From assembly GCA_035221665.1 (NCBI GenBank), contig CM069131.1:23994001-24058000 (forward strand): DNA of 64,000 nucleotides, given 5' to 3'. A program made the position numbers and the translations under genes. Positions within the stretch are counted from its first letter, which is position 1. Every line of letters starts with the position of its first letter. The notes under the pieces were generated by a model. The model was not told where the DNA came from. It searched no databases and saw only the letters and a list, made by a program, of their open reading frames with translations. The stretch is from Okamejei kenojei (Eukaryota). Below are positions 51,338-63,072 of this stretch, one piece after another.

Positions 51338-51566
51338 TGCTTACAGTGCCAGAGACATGGGTTTGATCCTGCCGAAGTGCTGTTTGTATGGAGTTTGTAC
51401 CTTCTCCCTGTAGTGCTTCGTATTCCTCCCACATTCCAAAGACTTGCAGGTTTGTAGGTTAATTGGTTTCAGTAAATTGTCCCTAGTTCTGGTGTATGGG
51501 TGATCACTGGTCAGTGTGGATCGAAGGGTCTGTTTCCATGCTGTATCTCTAACCTGAGCTAAACTA
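51338..51566 (+). mobile_element. V-SINE, 5'-truncated
   Basis: gggtttgatcc B box, tatggagtttgtaccttctccc V-domain and tgtttccatgctgtatctctaa tail. Confidence 0.8.
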
Positions 51567-51736
51567 ACAATTTATGCAATCACTATGAGCCTTAAATTGC
51601 AGGACAGACTTGGAAACTGAACAACCTACTCCTACTATGTTTATAAACTATATTTATGATGGGTAATATCTACTTATTCTGGAAAATTGTTAGAAAAGTG
51701 TCAACATTTGTTAATTGCTTTGCCATTGTATTCCAG

Positions 51737-51798
51737 ATGAGTCCATTCAGGAGTTTGCCGCATTTTTACGTACTCTCGAGGAACAGAGGGAAATGATG
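51737..51798 (+). CDS. ARHGAP10: GRAF-family RhoGAP coding exon (BAR domain; probable exon 3)
   Basis: ttccAG acceptor and GTaagc donor; 62 nt, phase 1/0, in frame with the previous exon; (D)ESIQEFAAFLRTLEEQREMM versus recalled ARHGAP10 DASLREFSNFLKNLEEQREIM. Confidence 0.92.
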
Positions 51799-54315
51799 GT
51801 AAGCAGAAATACTGTGCGCTAGGAGAAGGAATTGTCTCCACATATTTTAACTAAGTATTCTGGGAACTGTCTTGCTTGCTTGCTTGCTATATAAATATAG
51901 ATAGGTCTTTTGAGATCAATTCACCACAAACTACTTTCATGTCATCAGGAAATTGATTGGAATGCACCTCTCAACAGATTGTTGGAAATGTAGTTTCTCT
52001 ATGTTCTCTAAATCCCCAAGGGGAAAAGATTGTTGCAAGTTGTTAGCTTCAGTCTGTGGTTTTACTGTTCCCATAATCTAACTTGCTATTTACTGTTCTT
52101 TTCCAAAAGCATTATGGTATTTAATTGTTTTAGGCTGACCACAGCATAAGATCCACTTTGTTGCTTAATTTATTTTCCCTCTGTTGGAGCTCATTTCAGC
52201 CTAGTGATTTAAAACCGAATGCAATTCATTCTGAAGTGTATTTACCGTATATTTCCCGGCAATGAACTCGCTATTTTTTACCCAAAAATAAGGCATGAAA
52301 TTTTACCTGCGTCTTGGAGGCCAAAGGTTAGGTTGTTAGCCAAGAAAGATATACTTGGCTATCCCTCAGTACAGCAACGTCAAGAACGATGTTGCTGTAC
52401 AGAGGGATGGCCAAGTCTGTCCCTCATTGCTGGCAGCTGATGGGAAGCGGCTGTAATAGGACAGCGCCACTGTGGGTTCTTATCACAGCATGTGGGGAGG
52501 CTGGCCCGGGTCAGCATGGGCATGAGCGTTGAGAAGGAAGGGGTCGGGGATCATGCCAGCAACTCACCGCTGCCGTGACGCTCCGGGCGCGGAGCCACCG
52601 CATTGTGGCCGGGGAGGGAAGTAGCTCGGGTGGCTGCGAGCGGCCACCGGGCCCGGACAGCGGAACCCGCAGCCACCTCAGCACCTTATGCCGGCCCGCT
52701 CACCTCTGGCAGTACTCTCCCTCTGAACACCTCTCTCCTGCCGCTCGCTGGCCTTGCTCATTTCAACTGCTTCCCGCAAATCCTTAAGTTTCGACTGCCG
52801 CTGGGAGCAGGACATGGCCTCACCTGCTGCTCTGGGTGACACTGCACGGCATTCACCATGTCTTTCAAGAGCAAAGATCATAGAGCGGAGCGGGTCAGCT
52901 GGCGATGGATAACAGGACAGCGGGCGGTGGAGCTTACTCCTGTGTCACAGGGCTCGAAATTAGCGGTTGCCCGGGTGCCAATGACCACTCAAAGTGCCGC
53001 CGGGCAACCTAAACACCGATTCATTTTGCCCGGCTTCGCACGGAAATACTGGTTTATACCGATAGACACAAAAAACTGGAATAACTCAGCGGGTCAGGCA
53101 ACATCTCTGGCGAATAGGAACGTGACGTTTCGTGTCGGCAGCGGCTATATTGCGGGGCAAAGAAACTAGGAGCTATCACCCTGATAACGGCCGCTGCCTG
53201 CAAATCCGCCAACAACGCTTTCAAAACAACCCCTCTCGCACGCCGAGGCCGGGAGGTGGGAGGGAGAGAGGGAGGCCTCCTTCCGCCGTCTGAAGCAAAG
53301 CTCCTCTAGGATCTTTGGTCTGAAGCAGCTGCACCAAAGATCCTATAGCTATAGGATCTTTGTGCTGCCCCGCTCGGCCCCGCACCTTGTTGTCGGCTGG
53401 CGGATGAGGGGAGGCGGTGGCGAGGAAATCCCCACTGCCACCCCCTTTGACGGCGGCACTTTGGCGTTGGACAGGGACGGCCAAGGCAGCGGGGCGATGT
53501 TGNNNNNNNNNNNNNNNNNNNNNNNNNNNNNNNNNNNNNNNNNNNNNNNNNNNNNNNNNNNNNNNNNNNNNNNNNNNNNNNNNNNNNNNNNNNNNNNNNN
53601 NNNNNNNNNNNNNNNNNNNNNNNNNNNNNNNNNNNNNNNNNNNNNNNNNNNNNNNNNNNNNNNNNNNNNNNNNNNNNNNNNNNNNNNNNNNNNNNNNNNN
53701 NNNTGGTTCCCCAATTCATCCTGTACTGACCCCCCTTCCCATCCATCCTGCACTTCTCCCCCCCACTCGTACTGTACTGATCCCCCCCATTCAAGAAGAA
53801 TGAGGGGAACAGTATGAGGAAGGGTCTCGACCCGAAACGTTGCCTATTTCCTTCTCTCCATTGATGCTGCTTCACCCACTGAGTTTCTCCAGCATTTTTG
53901 TCTACCCCATTCATCCTGTACTGATCCCCCCCCATCCATCCCGTACTGATCCCCCCCATTCAACACCACTGACATCCCCCGTGCTCTCCCCTCACAATTT
54001 TACCTACTCCAACCCACACGTACTAATTCACCTGCCTTAATCCATGCATTCTGCACTGATTGCCTTCTCACCCCCCCCCCCCCCCAAACATCTATCCACC
54101 CCGCAATGATTCACCCCCCCCCCCCCCCCCCTAACCATATTGTGCTTCATGGTCTTCAGAGCGAACATTGACTGTTTGATAACGGAATTCAATCAAATGT
54201 GTTTTAATTCCCAATGCTATTATTTCTTTTGACACCTTTAAACATATTACCAAAAGAACATTTGCTGCAGTTATGTCCTTTGGCTATCTCTTGTCAGTTA
54301 GTGTAATGTTTAATG

Positions 54316-57300
54316 TACATATAGATTGGGTGAATCAAATTGGCAGGGGTGCTGAGGAAGAGGATTTCTTGGAATGTATGCGGGATAGTTTTCTAAACCA
54401 ACATGTAGAGGAACCAATGAGAGAGCAGGCTATTCTAGACTGGGTATTGAATAATGAGGAAGGGTTAGTTAGCAGTCTTGTGTGCGTGGCCTCTTGGGCA
54501 AGAGTGACCATAATATGGTTGAGTTCTTCATTAGGATGGAGAGTGACATTGTTAATTCAGAAACAAGGGTTCTGAACGAGACCTAGGTATCATGGTACAT
54601 CAGTCATTGAAAGTAGGCATGCAGGTGCAGCAGGCTGTGAAGAAAGCAAATGGTATGTTGGCATTCATAGCAAAAGGATTTGAGTACAAGAGCAGGGAGG
54701 TTCTACTGCAGTTGCACAGGGTCTTGGTGAGGCCACACCTGGAGTATTGCATACAGTTTTGGCCTCCTAATCTGAGGAAAGACATTCTTGCCATAGAGGG
54801 AGTACAGAGAAGGTTCACCAGACTGATTCCTGGGATGGCAGGGCTTCCATATGAAGAAAGACTGGATAGGCTCGGCTTGTACTCGCTGGAATTTAGGAGA
54901 TTGAGGGGGGATCTTATAGAGGCTTACAAAATTCTTAAGGGGTTGGGCAGGCTAGATGCAGGAAGATTGTTCCCGATGTTGGGGAACTCCAGAACAAGGG
55001 GTCACAGTTTAAGGATAAGGGGGAAGTCTTTTAGGACCGAGATGAGAAGATCTTTTTTCACACAGAGTGGCGAGTCTGTGGAATTCTCTGCCTCACAGTA
55101 GTTGAGGCCAGTTCATTGGCTATATTTAAGAGGGAGTTAGATGTGGCCCTTGTGGCTAAAGGGATCAGGGGGTAAGGAGAGAAGGCAGGTACAGGATACT
55201 GAGTTGGATGATCAGCCATGATCATATTGAATGGCGGTGCAGGCTCGAAGGGCCGAATGGCCTACTCCTGCACCTATTTTCTATGATTCTATGAACTTAA
55301 AGAAAGGTAACTTTGAGGGTATGAGACGTGAATTGGCCAAGATAGACTGGCAAGTGATTCTTAAAGGGTTGATGGTGGATATGCAATGGAAGGCATTTAA
55401 AGACTGCATGGATGAACTACAACAATTGTTCATCCCAGTTTGGCAAACTAATAAATCAGGGAAGGTAGTGCATCCGTGGATAACAAGGGAAATCAGGGAT
55501 AGTATCAAAACTAAAGATGAAGCATACAAATTAGCCAGAAAAAGCAGCCTACCAGAGGACTGGGAGAAATTCAGAGTCCAGCAGAGGAGGACAAAATGCT
55601 TAATTAGGAAAGGGAAAATAGATTATGAAAGAAAACTGGCAGGGAACATAAAAACTGACTGCAAAAGGTTTTCTAGATATGTGAAGAGAAAAAGGTTAGT
55701 TAAAACAAATGTAGGTCCCTTGCAGTCAGAAACTGGTGAATTGATCATGGGGAACAAGGACATGGCAGACCAATTGAATAACTACTTTGGTTCTGTCTTC
55801 ACTAAGGAAGACATAAATAATCTGCCGGAAATAGCAGGGGACCGGGGTCAAATGAAATGGAGGAACTGAGTGAAATCCAGGTTAGCCGGGAAGTGGTGTT
55901 AGGTAAATTGAATGGATTAAAGGCCGATAAATCCCCAGGGCCAGATAGGCTGCATCCCAGAGTACTTGAGGAAGTAACCCGAGAAATAGTGGATGCATTA
56001 GTGATAATTTTTCAAAACTCTTTAGATTCTAGAGCAGTTCCTGAGGATTGGAGGGTAGCTAATGTAACCCCACTTTTTAAGAAGGGAGGGAGAGAGAAAA
56101 CGGGGAATTACAGACCAGTTAGTCTAACATCGGTAGTGCGGAAAATGCTAGAGTCAGTTATTAAAGATGGAATAGCAGCACATTTGGAAAGTGGTGAAAT
56201 TATTGGACAAAGGCAGCATGGATTTATGAAAGGTAAATCATGTCTGACGAATCTTATAGAATTTTTCGAGGATGTAACTAGTAGAATGGGTAAGGAGAAC
56301 CTGTGGATGTGTTATATCTGGACTTTCAGAAGGCTTTTGACAAGGTCCCACATAAGAGATTACTATACAAACTTAAAACACATGGTATTGGGGGTTCAGT
56401 ATTGATGTGGATAGAGAACTGGCTGGCAGATAGGAAGCAAAGAGTAGGAGTAAACAGGTCATTTTCAGAATGGCAGGCAGTGACTAGTGAGGTACCACAA
56501 GGCTCAGTGCTGGGACCCCAGCTATTTACAATATATATTAATGATCTGGATGAGGGAATTGAATGCAACATCTCCAAGTTTGCGGATGACACGAAGCTGG
56601 GGGGCAGTGTTAGCTGTGAGGAGGATGCTAGGAGGCTGCAAGGTGACTTGGATAGGTTGGGTGAGTGGGAAAATGCATGGCAGTTGCAGTATAATGTGGA
56701 TAAATGTGAGGTTATCCACATTGGTGGCAAAAACAGGAGGTAGACTATTATCTGAATGGTGGCCGATTAGGAAAAGGGGAGATGCAACGAGACCTGGGTG
56801 TCATGGTACACCAGTCATTGAAAGTAGGCATGCAGGTGCAGCAGGCTGTGAAGAAAGCGAATGGTATGTTGGCATTCATAGCAAAAGGATTTGAGTCCAA
56901 GAGCAGGGAGGTTCTACTGCAGTTGTACAGGGTCTTGGTGAGGCCACACCTGGAGTATCGCATACAGTTTTGGTCTCCTAATCTGAGGAAAGACATTCTT
57001 GCCATAGAGGGAGTACAGAGAACGTTCACCAGACTGATTCCTGGGATGGCAGGACTTCCATATGAAGAAAGACTGGATAGACTCGGCTTGTACTTGCTGG
57101 AATTTAGAAGAATGAGGGGGGATCTTATTGAGACTTACAAAATTCTTAAGGGGTTGGACAGGCTAGATGCAGGAAGATTGTTCCCGATGTTGGGAAGTCC
57201 ACAACAAGGGGTCACAGTTTAAGGATAAGGGGGAAGTCTTTTAGGACCGAGATGAGAAAATCATTTTTCACACAGAGAGTGGTGAGTCTGTGGAATTCTC

Positions 57301-57513
57301 TGCCACAGAAGGTAGTTGAGGCCAGTTCATTGGCTATATTTAAGAGGGAGTTGGATGTAGCCCTTGTGGCTAAAGGGATCAGGCGGTATGGAGAGAAGGC
57401 AGGTACAGGATACTGAGTTGGATGATCAGCCATGATCATATTGAATGGCGGTGCAGGCTCGAAGGGCCGAATGGCCTACTCCTGCACCTATTTTCTATGT
57501 CTATGTTTCTATG
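54316..57513 (+). mobile_element. Relatively young CR1 LINE (endonuclease end through RT and 3' UTR), frameshifted
   Basis: FNVHIDW..AILDWVL; KSPGPDRLHPRVL; NYRPVSLTS; YLDFQKAFDKVPH; VPQGSVLGP; FADDTK; (ttctatg)n tail. Confidence 0.95.
54578..55293 (+). mobile_element. Same-family CR1 3' fragment nested inside the CR1
   Basis: Near-identical to 56790-57513; interrupts the ..RVLN^LKKGNFEG frame; aac on both sides. Confidence 0.9.
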
Positions 57514-57969
57514 TTAACCTGTCTGATGGGTATAGTCGGTTTTAACAGTTATTATCATAAAATGCCTTTAGAAATTTCCTTGCAATCTGTATATTTTGTT
57601 ATGGATAAATTATGTGGGAAGCGAGAGTGTTTCTGTGCCAATAGCAATAACGACCCATGCTAAGGCCATGTCATGATAATTTTCGGTCCTTCACAGAGAA
57701 CATGCTTGCATCAATCTGTAGTGTGCATGGTTAAGCATATATGTTACCATGGTCCAGGATTTATTGACACAGGTTGATCATACGCTGAATAATCCAACCA
57801 CATTTTTGTTTGGAAGTGGAAAGAACTAATAGAAATTGCATTAATTGCAATGTGTAAAAAGAGTTGAGATATTGTATTATAATTTTGCTGCATGTCATTG
57901 TGGTATATATCATGACTTGATTGGTGAATATGTTTGTGAATTATTTGAAGCAGAAATAATATGTGAATG

Positions 57970-58188
57970 TAGACAAAAGTGCTGGAGAAACTCAGCGGAT
58001 GCGGCAGCATCTATGGAACGAAGGAAATAGGCAACGTTTCGGGCCGAAACCCTTCTTCAGACTGATGGGTTTCGGCCTGAAACGTTGCCTATTTCCTTCG
58101 CTCCATAGATGCTGTTGCACCCGCTGAGTTTCTCCAGCACTTTTGTCTACATTCGATTTTCCAGCATCTGCAGTTCCTTCTTGAACAC
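57970..58188. mobile_element. Palindromic Penelope pLTR pair with 9-bp TSD
   Basis: 57965-58154 folds back on itself; atgtgaatg at 57961-57969 and 58189-58197. Confidence 0.85.
58030..58064 (-). ncRNA. Minimal type-I hammerhead ribozyme motif (intact core)
   Basis: CAGU-CUGAAGA-A-GGGU-UUCG-GCCC-GAAA-CGUU-GCC contains the CUGANGA and GAAA boxes, stem II and an NUH triplet. Confidence 0.7.
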
Positions 58189-59449
58189 ATGTGAATGCTT
58201 CTTTGAGCATAATTCCGACTGGTAACTACGCACTTCGTCCGAGCATATTATCGCACGCGGCATGCAAACTGTCTTAAATGACCACCTAAACTGTCATTTG
58301 GCGACCTAAAAATCTGCCAAGGTTGCCTGGTTGGCAACAGGGAAATAAAGTTAAGTGAGAGCCCTGTGTCAGCGCGAGTAACCTCAATTGATTCCTTGAA
58401 CTAGTATTGACATTCAATAAGATGACAACTAATTCAACTTGTCCCGGTGTGCTCCCGTTTTCCCCACCGTCTCTCCACCTGCCATCACCCTCCACCCCCC
58501 ACCCATTCAGTCATTCAGAATGGAGGAGATCTGGAATCCTTGGACAAATTGATTTGTTACTTTCTTTTTTAGATATTTATTTATTTTTGAGCATGAGAAA
58601 TTCTATGTCCTTCCAGCCTTTTTTCTAAATTTTGCAACTCAAAATGGGGGTGCGTCATCGACGCAGGTGCGTCTTCATTGCCGGGAAAACCCAGCTGCTG
58701 AAGATTTCAGCTTAGTTTTTATATCCTTTGACTTCCATATGAATTTCAAGACAGTTGTAGACTTACATATAGTAACGATGTTGTTTTTCCAGTTAATTAT
58801 CAGTATCTTTTATTGACTAAAATTGTCATAGCTTGGTAATTTAATAGTTTCTGGACAGTAGGCAAATTCTGAATTTAAAATTATATAATTAAGTGTGAAA
58901 CAGGTTTTGTTTTTGTGGCACATATTTATGGTATGGGAAGTGTAGTCCAGAGGGAATTCTTAACTCAGCTATGTTTAGAATAGTGATTTTACTGTGCCTG
59001 CAATGGGTTATATATTTCCAGGCTTTGAACAAATGGTAAATGTGTTTCTCAGCAACTCCAGCAAAGCCATTTCTAGGATAGCTGGTGCTATGCATTTCAA
59101 TTGAGATCAGTAGCACTGGGCATCCTGGGAATTGCCTCAGAATTGCCCACCCTGGAAAACATTTTTCTGGCTGAACATTGTTGGTTGTGAGTTTTCCATG
59201 GAATGCCTGCTGTAGATAGCTATATCTTTTTAGTTAATCTGTAACATCATGCCCTGCATAATCAACATTTAGCAAATGGATCAATTCACTGGAGCATATA
59301 ATGTTCTCTAAATCCCCAAGGGGAAAAGATCATTGCAAGTTGCTAGCTTCAGTCTGTGGTTTTACTATTTCCATAATCTAACTTGCTATTTACTGTTCTT
59401 TTCCAAAAGCATTATGGTATTTAATTATGTTATTTAATTATGGTATTTA

Positions 59450-59633
59450 TGACAAGCCTACTGTCCCCGCCTCTTCCTTCCCCCCCCCACCCCCCCTCAA
59501 CATCAGTCTGAAGAAGGGTCTCGACCCGAATCGTCACCTATTCCTTCTCTCCATAAATGCTGCCTGACCCACTGAGTTTCTCCAGCATTTTTGTCTACCT
59601 TCGATTTTTCCAGCATCTGCAGTTCTTTCTTAA
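59450..59633 (+). mobile_element. Penelope pLTR
   Basis: cagtctgaagaagggtctcgacccgaatcgtcacc...cagcatctgcagttctttcttaaa. Confidence 0.85.
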
Positions 59634-60049
59634 ATAACGGAGCATATTACCAAATTTTGTCCATTACCTAGAAATCCGCAGAATGCCTTAGTGGTGTTTT
59701 TTTCAAATTGGTTAAATATATATTCACTTGGGGGAATAAAAACATTAAAAATATTTAGCTACATCATGAATGAAAATATTTATCACTTCCCTTTTCCCTT
59801 TTGTCCTAAAGCCATTAACATTTTCCATTTATTCTTTCAGGGGCTTTATTCATTTATAATTTCCTGTAGGACAGTAATTGATGCTGTTAAAAAGAGTCAC
59901 ATGTCACATCTAATCGGCTGCTCTCATGCCATGTTATACTCTTGAACAGGTGGAACAAACACCTGCGGAATGTTTTTGGGACCCTACTTAGATAAGGAGA
60001 TCAGTGAAATTAGATACATGTAATGCTATAGAGAGATACAACATGGATT

Positions 60050-60680
60050 GACACACAAAGCTGGATTAACTCAGCGGGACAGGCAACATCTCTGGAGAGA
60101 AGGAATGGGCGACGTTTCGGGTAGAGACCAGACTGATGTCAGGAGAGGGAGATACATAGATAAGGAAAGGTAAGGTGTGAAAATAGGACAAAGGGAATAG
60201 TGATCAAGGAAAATGTAGAATAGATCATTGTTAGCTGGGAAAAGATAACAACAAAACAAACAAATAAAATGTAGTCAGAGACAGTAAGACTGGTCGGAGA
60301 AGTGGGAAGGGACGGGATGGAGAGAGGGACAGCAAGGGTTACTTGAAATTAGAGAAGTCAGTGTTCATTCCGCTGGGGTGTAAGCTCCCAAGCAAAATAT
60401 AAAGTGCTTTTTCTCCAATTTGCGCTGGGCCTCACTCTGACAATGGAGAATGGGGATTACCATTTAAGAGATGTAACGTCTTAACAAATGGCCTGTTTAC
60501 TTTATCGTAGTTACTTTGTTTACATATCTTTCATTCATTGTTCTTTATCACTACATCATCGTATATATGTCTAGTTCCGCTTTTCCCAAATTAGTCTGAA
60601 GAAGGGTCTTGACACAAAATGTCGTCCATTCTTTCTCTCCAGAGATACTGCCTGTCCCGCTGATGGTGCTGCTGAGTTAC
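60050..60680. mobile_element. Penelope 3' end (minus, 60050-60450) with an inverted pLTR (plus, 60480-60680)
   Basis: Minus strand LHCQSEAQRKLEKKHFIFCLG../GMNTDFSNFK*; plus strand agtctgaagaagggtcttgacacaaaatgtc. Confidence 0.8.
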
Positions 60681-62799
60681 ACCTGCTTTTCATAGTTTAC
60701 TCCTCTTCTCTTATCACTTACACCCTTCTGTCATCTTTGTCTTCTTACCATTTCTGATCTTTGTCCACCCATCTGCTATCTCTCCTCCCTCCACCCCCCC
60801 AACGATCCACACCCAAAACGACGTCTGATTCCACAGATGCTGACTGAACCGCTGAGTTATTCCAACATTCAGTGTCTTTCTTGTTTTTTGTAAACCAACA
60901 TCTGCAGTTCCTCCTGCGGAAACATGAATTGCAGGTGCTGGTTAATACTCAAAAGGACATAAAGGCAGTTTGTTCTGTCAGCCATTAATCTTAATTAATC
61001 CCATTCTCCCTACATTTTGTCAGCACTCCTCAGATTCTACAATTCACCAACACAAAGGAGCAATTTTACAGTGGCGATTTAACCAAATAACCCATACTTA
61101 TTTGAGAAGTGGGAGAAAACCAGAGTGCATCAGGTGACCACAAAAAATGTAGCCTCCATACTAACAGCATCCATCAAGTTTGGAGTTTAGTTGGCTGTAC
61201 AATGTTGGACTTCCTGTTACATGGTAAAAATGGGTTGTAAAGATGAGATGAGGCTCAAGTAAGTCTTTTTTTGAAGGTAAGTTTAGGTTTTCTCGCGAGA
61301 CCAGGAGGAGCATGATTTTTTTTCGACTTAACAGAGAGATGTTGGGTCTCGGGTACACAAAATGCTGGAGAAACTCAGCGGGTGCAGCAGCATCTATGGA
61401 GCGAAGGAGATAGGCAACGTTTCGGGCTGAAACCCTGCTTCATACCCCTCTCTTGTTCCAGGGTTGTCTTCACTTCTCCCATATCACCTTTAATATTAGG
61501 GTTCTGTGTATTCAGACTCTTTAATCTATGGGAGCATTTATATAACAGAGGTATCTTTTCATGAATCTTATCTGTAGTTCTTCTGTGAAAAAAACATAGG
61601 CTGATTTCTATTTCTGTCCGTGTCTGTCATGGCCTCTGTTGATTTGTTGGGATTAAAGGACCTACAGATTCAAACATAAATTAGCTCGTATAGATTAGCT
61701 TTATTGGTTCGTACCTTTATGAATTAATTAATCCATAACTTTATTTTTGTAAACAAAACTTCTTTAAAATTTCTAATGCATGATTTAACAAGCTGGTGAT
61801 TCTAAAGGCTGCTTTCAGTCTGGTTTAATGGCTATTAATTTTTAAGACTGTTTTGTATACAAACACTGTTCTTACATTATTTTATGCTAGATGTCGATTG
61901 GTTTGTTATCAAAGTGAAACTAAATCTGGCTGGTGTACAGGAAAAGAAAAGATTGAATTATGTTGGTCAATAAACTAATGGGTGCTTATTTGGGGATCTT
62001 CATTATATTTCAGTGGTAGTCTGGTTTCAGTTGCAGAGCACCTCATACAATCAAGATATTGTGTGTGGCATGTGATACAATGTAATTGAAACTTTTGTGT
62101 CATTAATACCTCACTGAATCAGTGAGGTGTATTTCTGCATCGTAAGATTTGAGCACAGATTTAATCCTGTTTTTGGTTAAAATTAGCATTCACTATGATA
62201 CACTATGATTCACTGATGAGTTCTTGTCACCAAAATGAATTAGTTACCAATATTTCCTGAGCAATTTGCACCAATCTATTGTTAGTCCCATAACAAGGCC
62301 ACAGCTTGCTTTAATGTCCAGTGAGTTGCGAGTTTGTGCAGTTACATCGTCATTATCCTACAGCACGGAAACGGGCCCTTCAGCCCATCTTAGTCATGTC
62401 TACCAAGATGCTCAATCTTCCCTAGTCCCACCTGCCACATTTGGCCCACATCCCTCTAATCCTTTCCAATCCATAACCTGTCCAAGTGTCTTTTAAATGT
62501 TGTTATTCCTGCATATTAATTACCAATTACTTGCCATAATAATTTAGAACTGGTAATTGATGACATTTGTACCCATTTTAATGAGATTTTCTGTGCCTAT
62601 TGAAAGTGAACCGACCTCTCCAGTTAAAAGAAAAGACTAAATTTTTTTGAGTTCTTTTTCTGTTTTTCCCCACTTTCTTTTTTCTGCAGTCTTTTTTGTG
62701 CCTTTATTTTCTTCTCTGTAAAGACTCCAATTCATTCATTAAAATTCACTGCCGATATTTGTTCTCAACCTTAAATGTAATTGAAATAAAAACGTAATG

Positions 62800-62960
62800 T
62801 TGGAAATATTCAGCTGATCAGGAAGCCTTGGTGGAGAGAGAAATAAAGTTAATGCTTCAGGTCAGTGACCTTTCATCAAAGTCCTAAAAGGTCATGAGCC
62901 TGAAATATTAACTGTGTTTTCTATCTCCACAGATGCTACCTGAGCTGAAAATCAAGATTT
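62800..62960. mobile_element. Older Penelope pLTR sub-family, inverted pair
   Basis: Minus strand tgatgaaaggtcactgacctgaagcattaact; plus strand aaaggtcatgagcctgaaatattaact..ccacagatgctacctga. Confidence 0.65.
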
Positions 62961-63072
62961 CTGCTCTAGATATATTTCCCAAGCTGCCAGAGCAGTTCTC
63001 TGCGATGTTTTCCAACATGTTATGTTCCGTTGCACCTGAAAGATAACTAGGTAATGTATTTGTATTAACTGA

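Larger units (their letters stand above)
52948..58366. mobile_element. hAT-type non-autonomous element nested in the Tc2-like element
   Basis: Ends cagggctc / gagccctg; ctgtgtca at 52940-52947 and 58364-58371 (the right copy overlaps the terminal ctg); ggttgcc..ggcaac subterminal motifs at both ends. Confidence 0.65.
52245..58688. mobile_element. Tc2/pogo-like non-autonomous element inflated by nested insertions
   Basis: Left end TA|ccgtatatttcccggcaatgaa; right end ttcattgccgggaaa with the terminal bases lost; ggtgcgtc subterminal repeats. Confidence 0.65.

Noticed and set aside
55231-57222. Active autonomous CR1
   Set aside because: ORF2 is broken by several frameshifts and a nested insertion, and ORF1 and the 5' UTR are missing.
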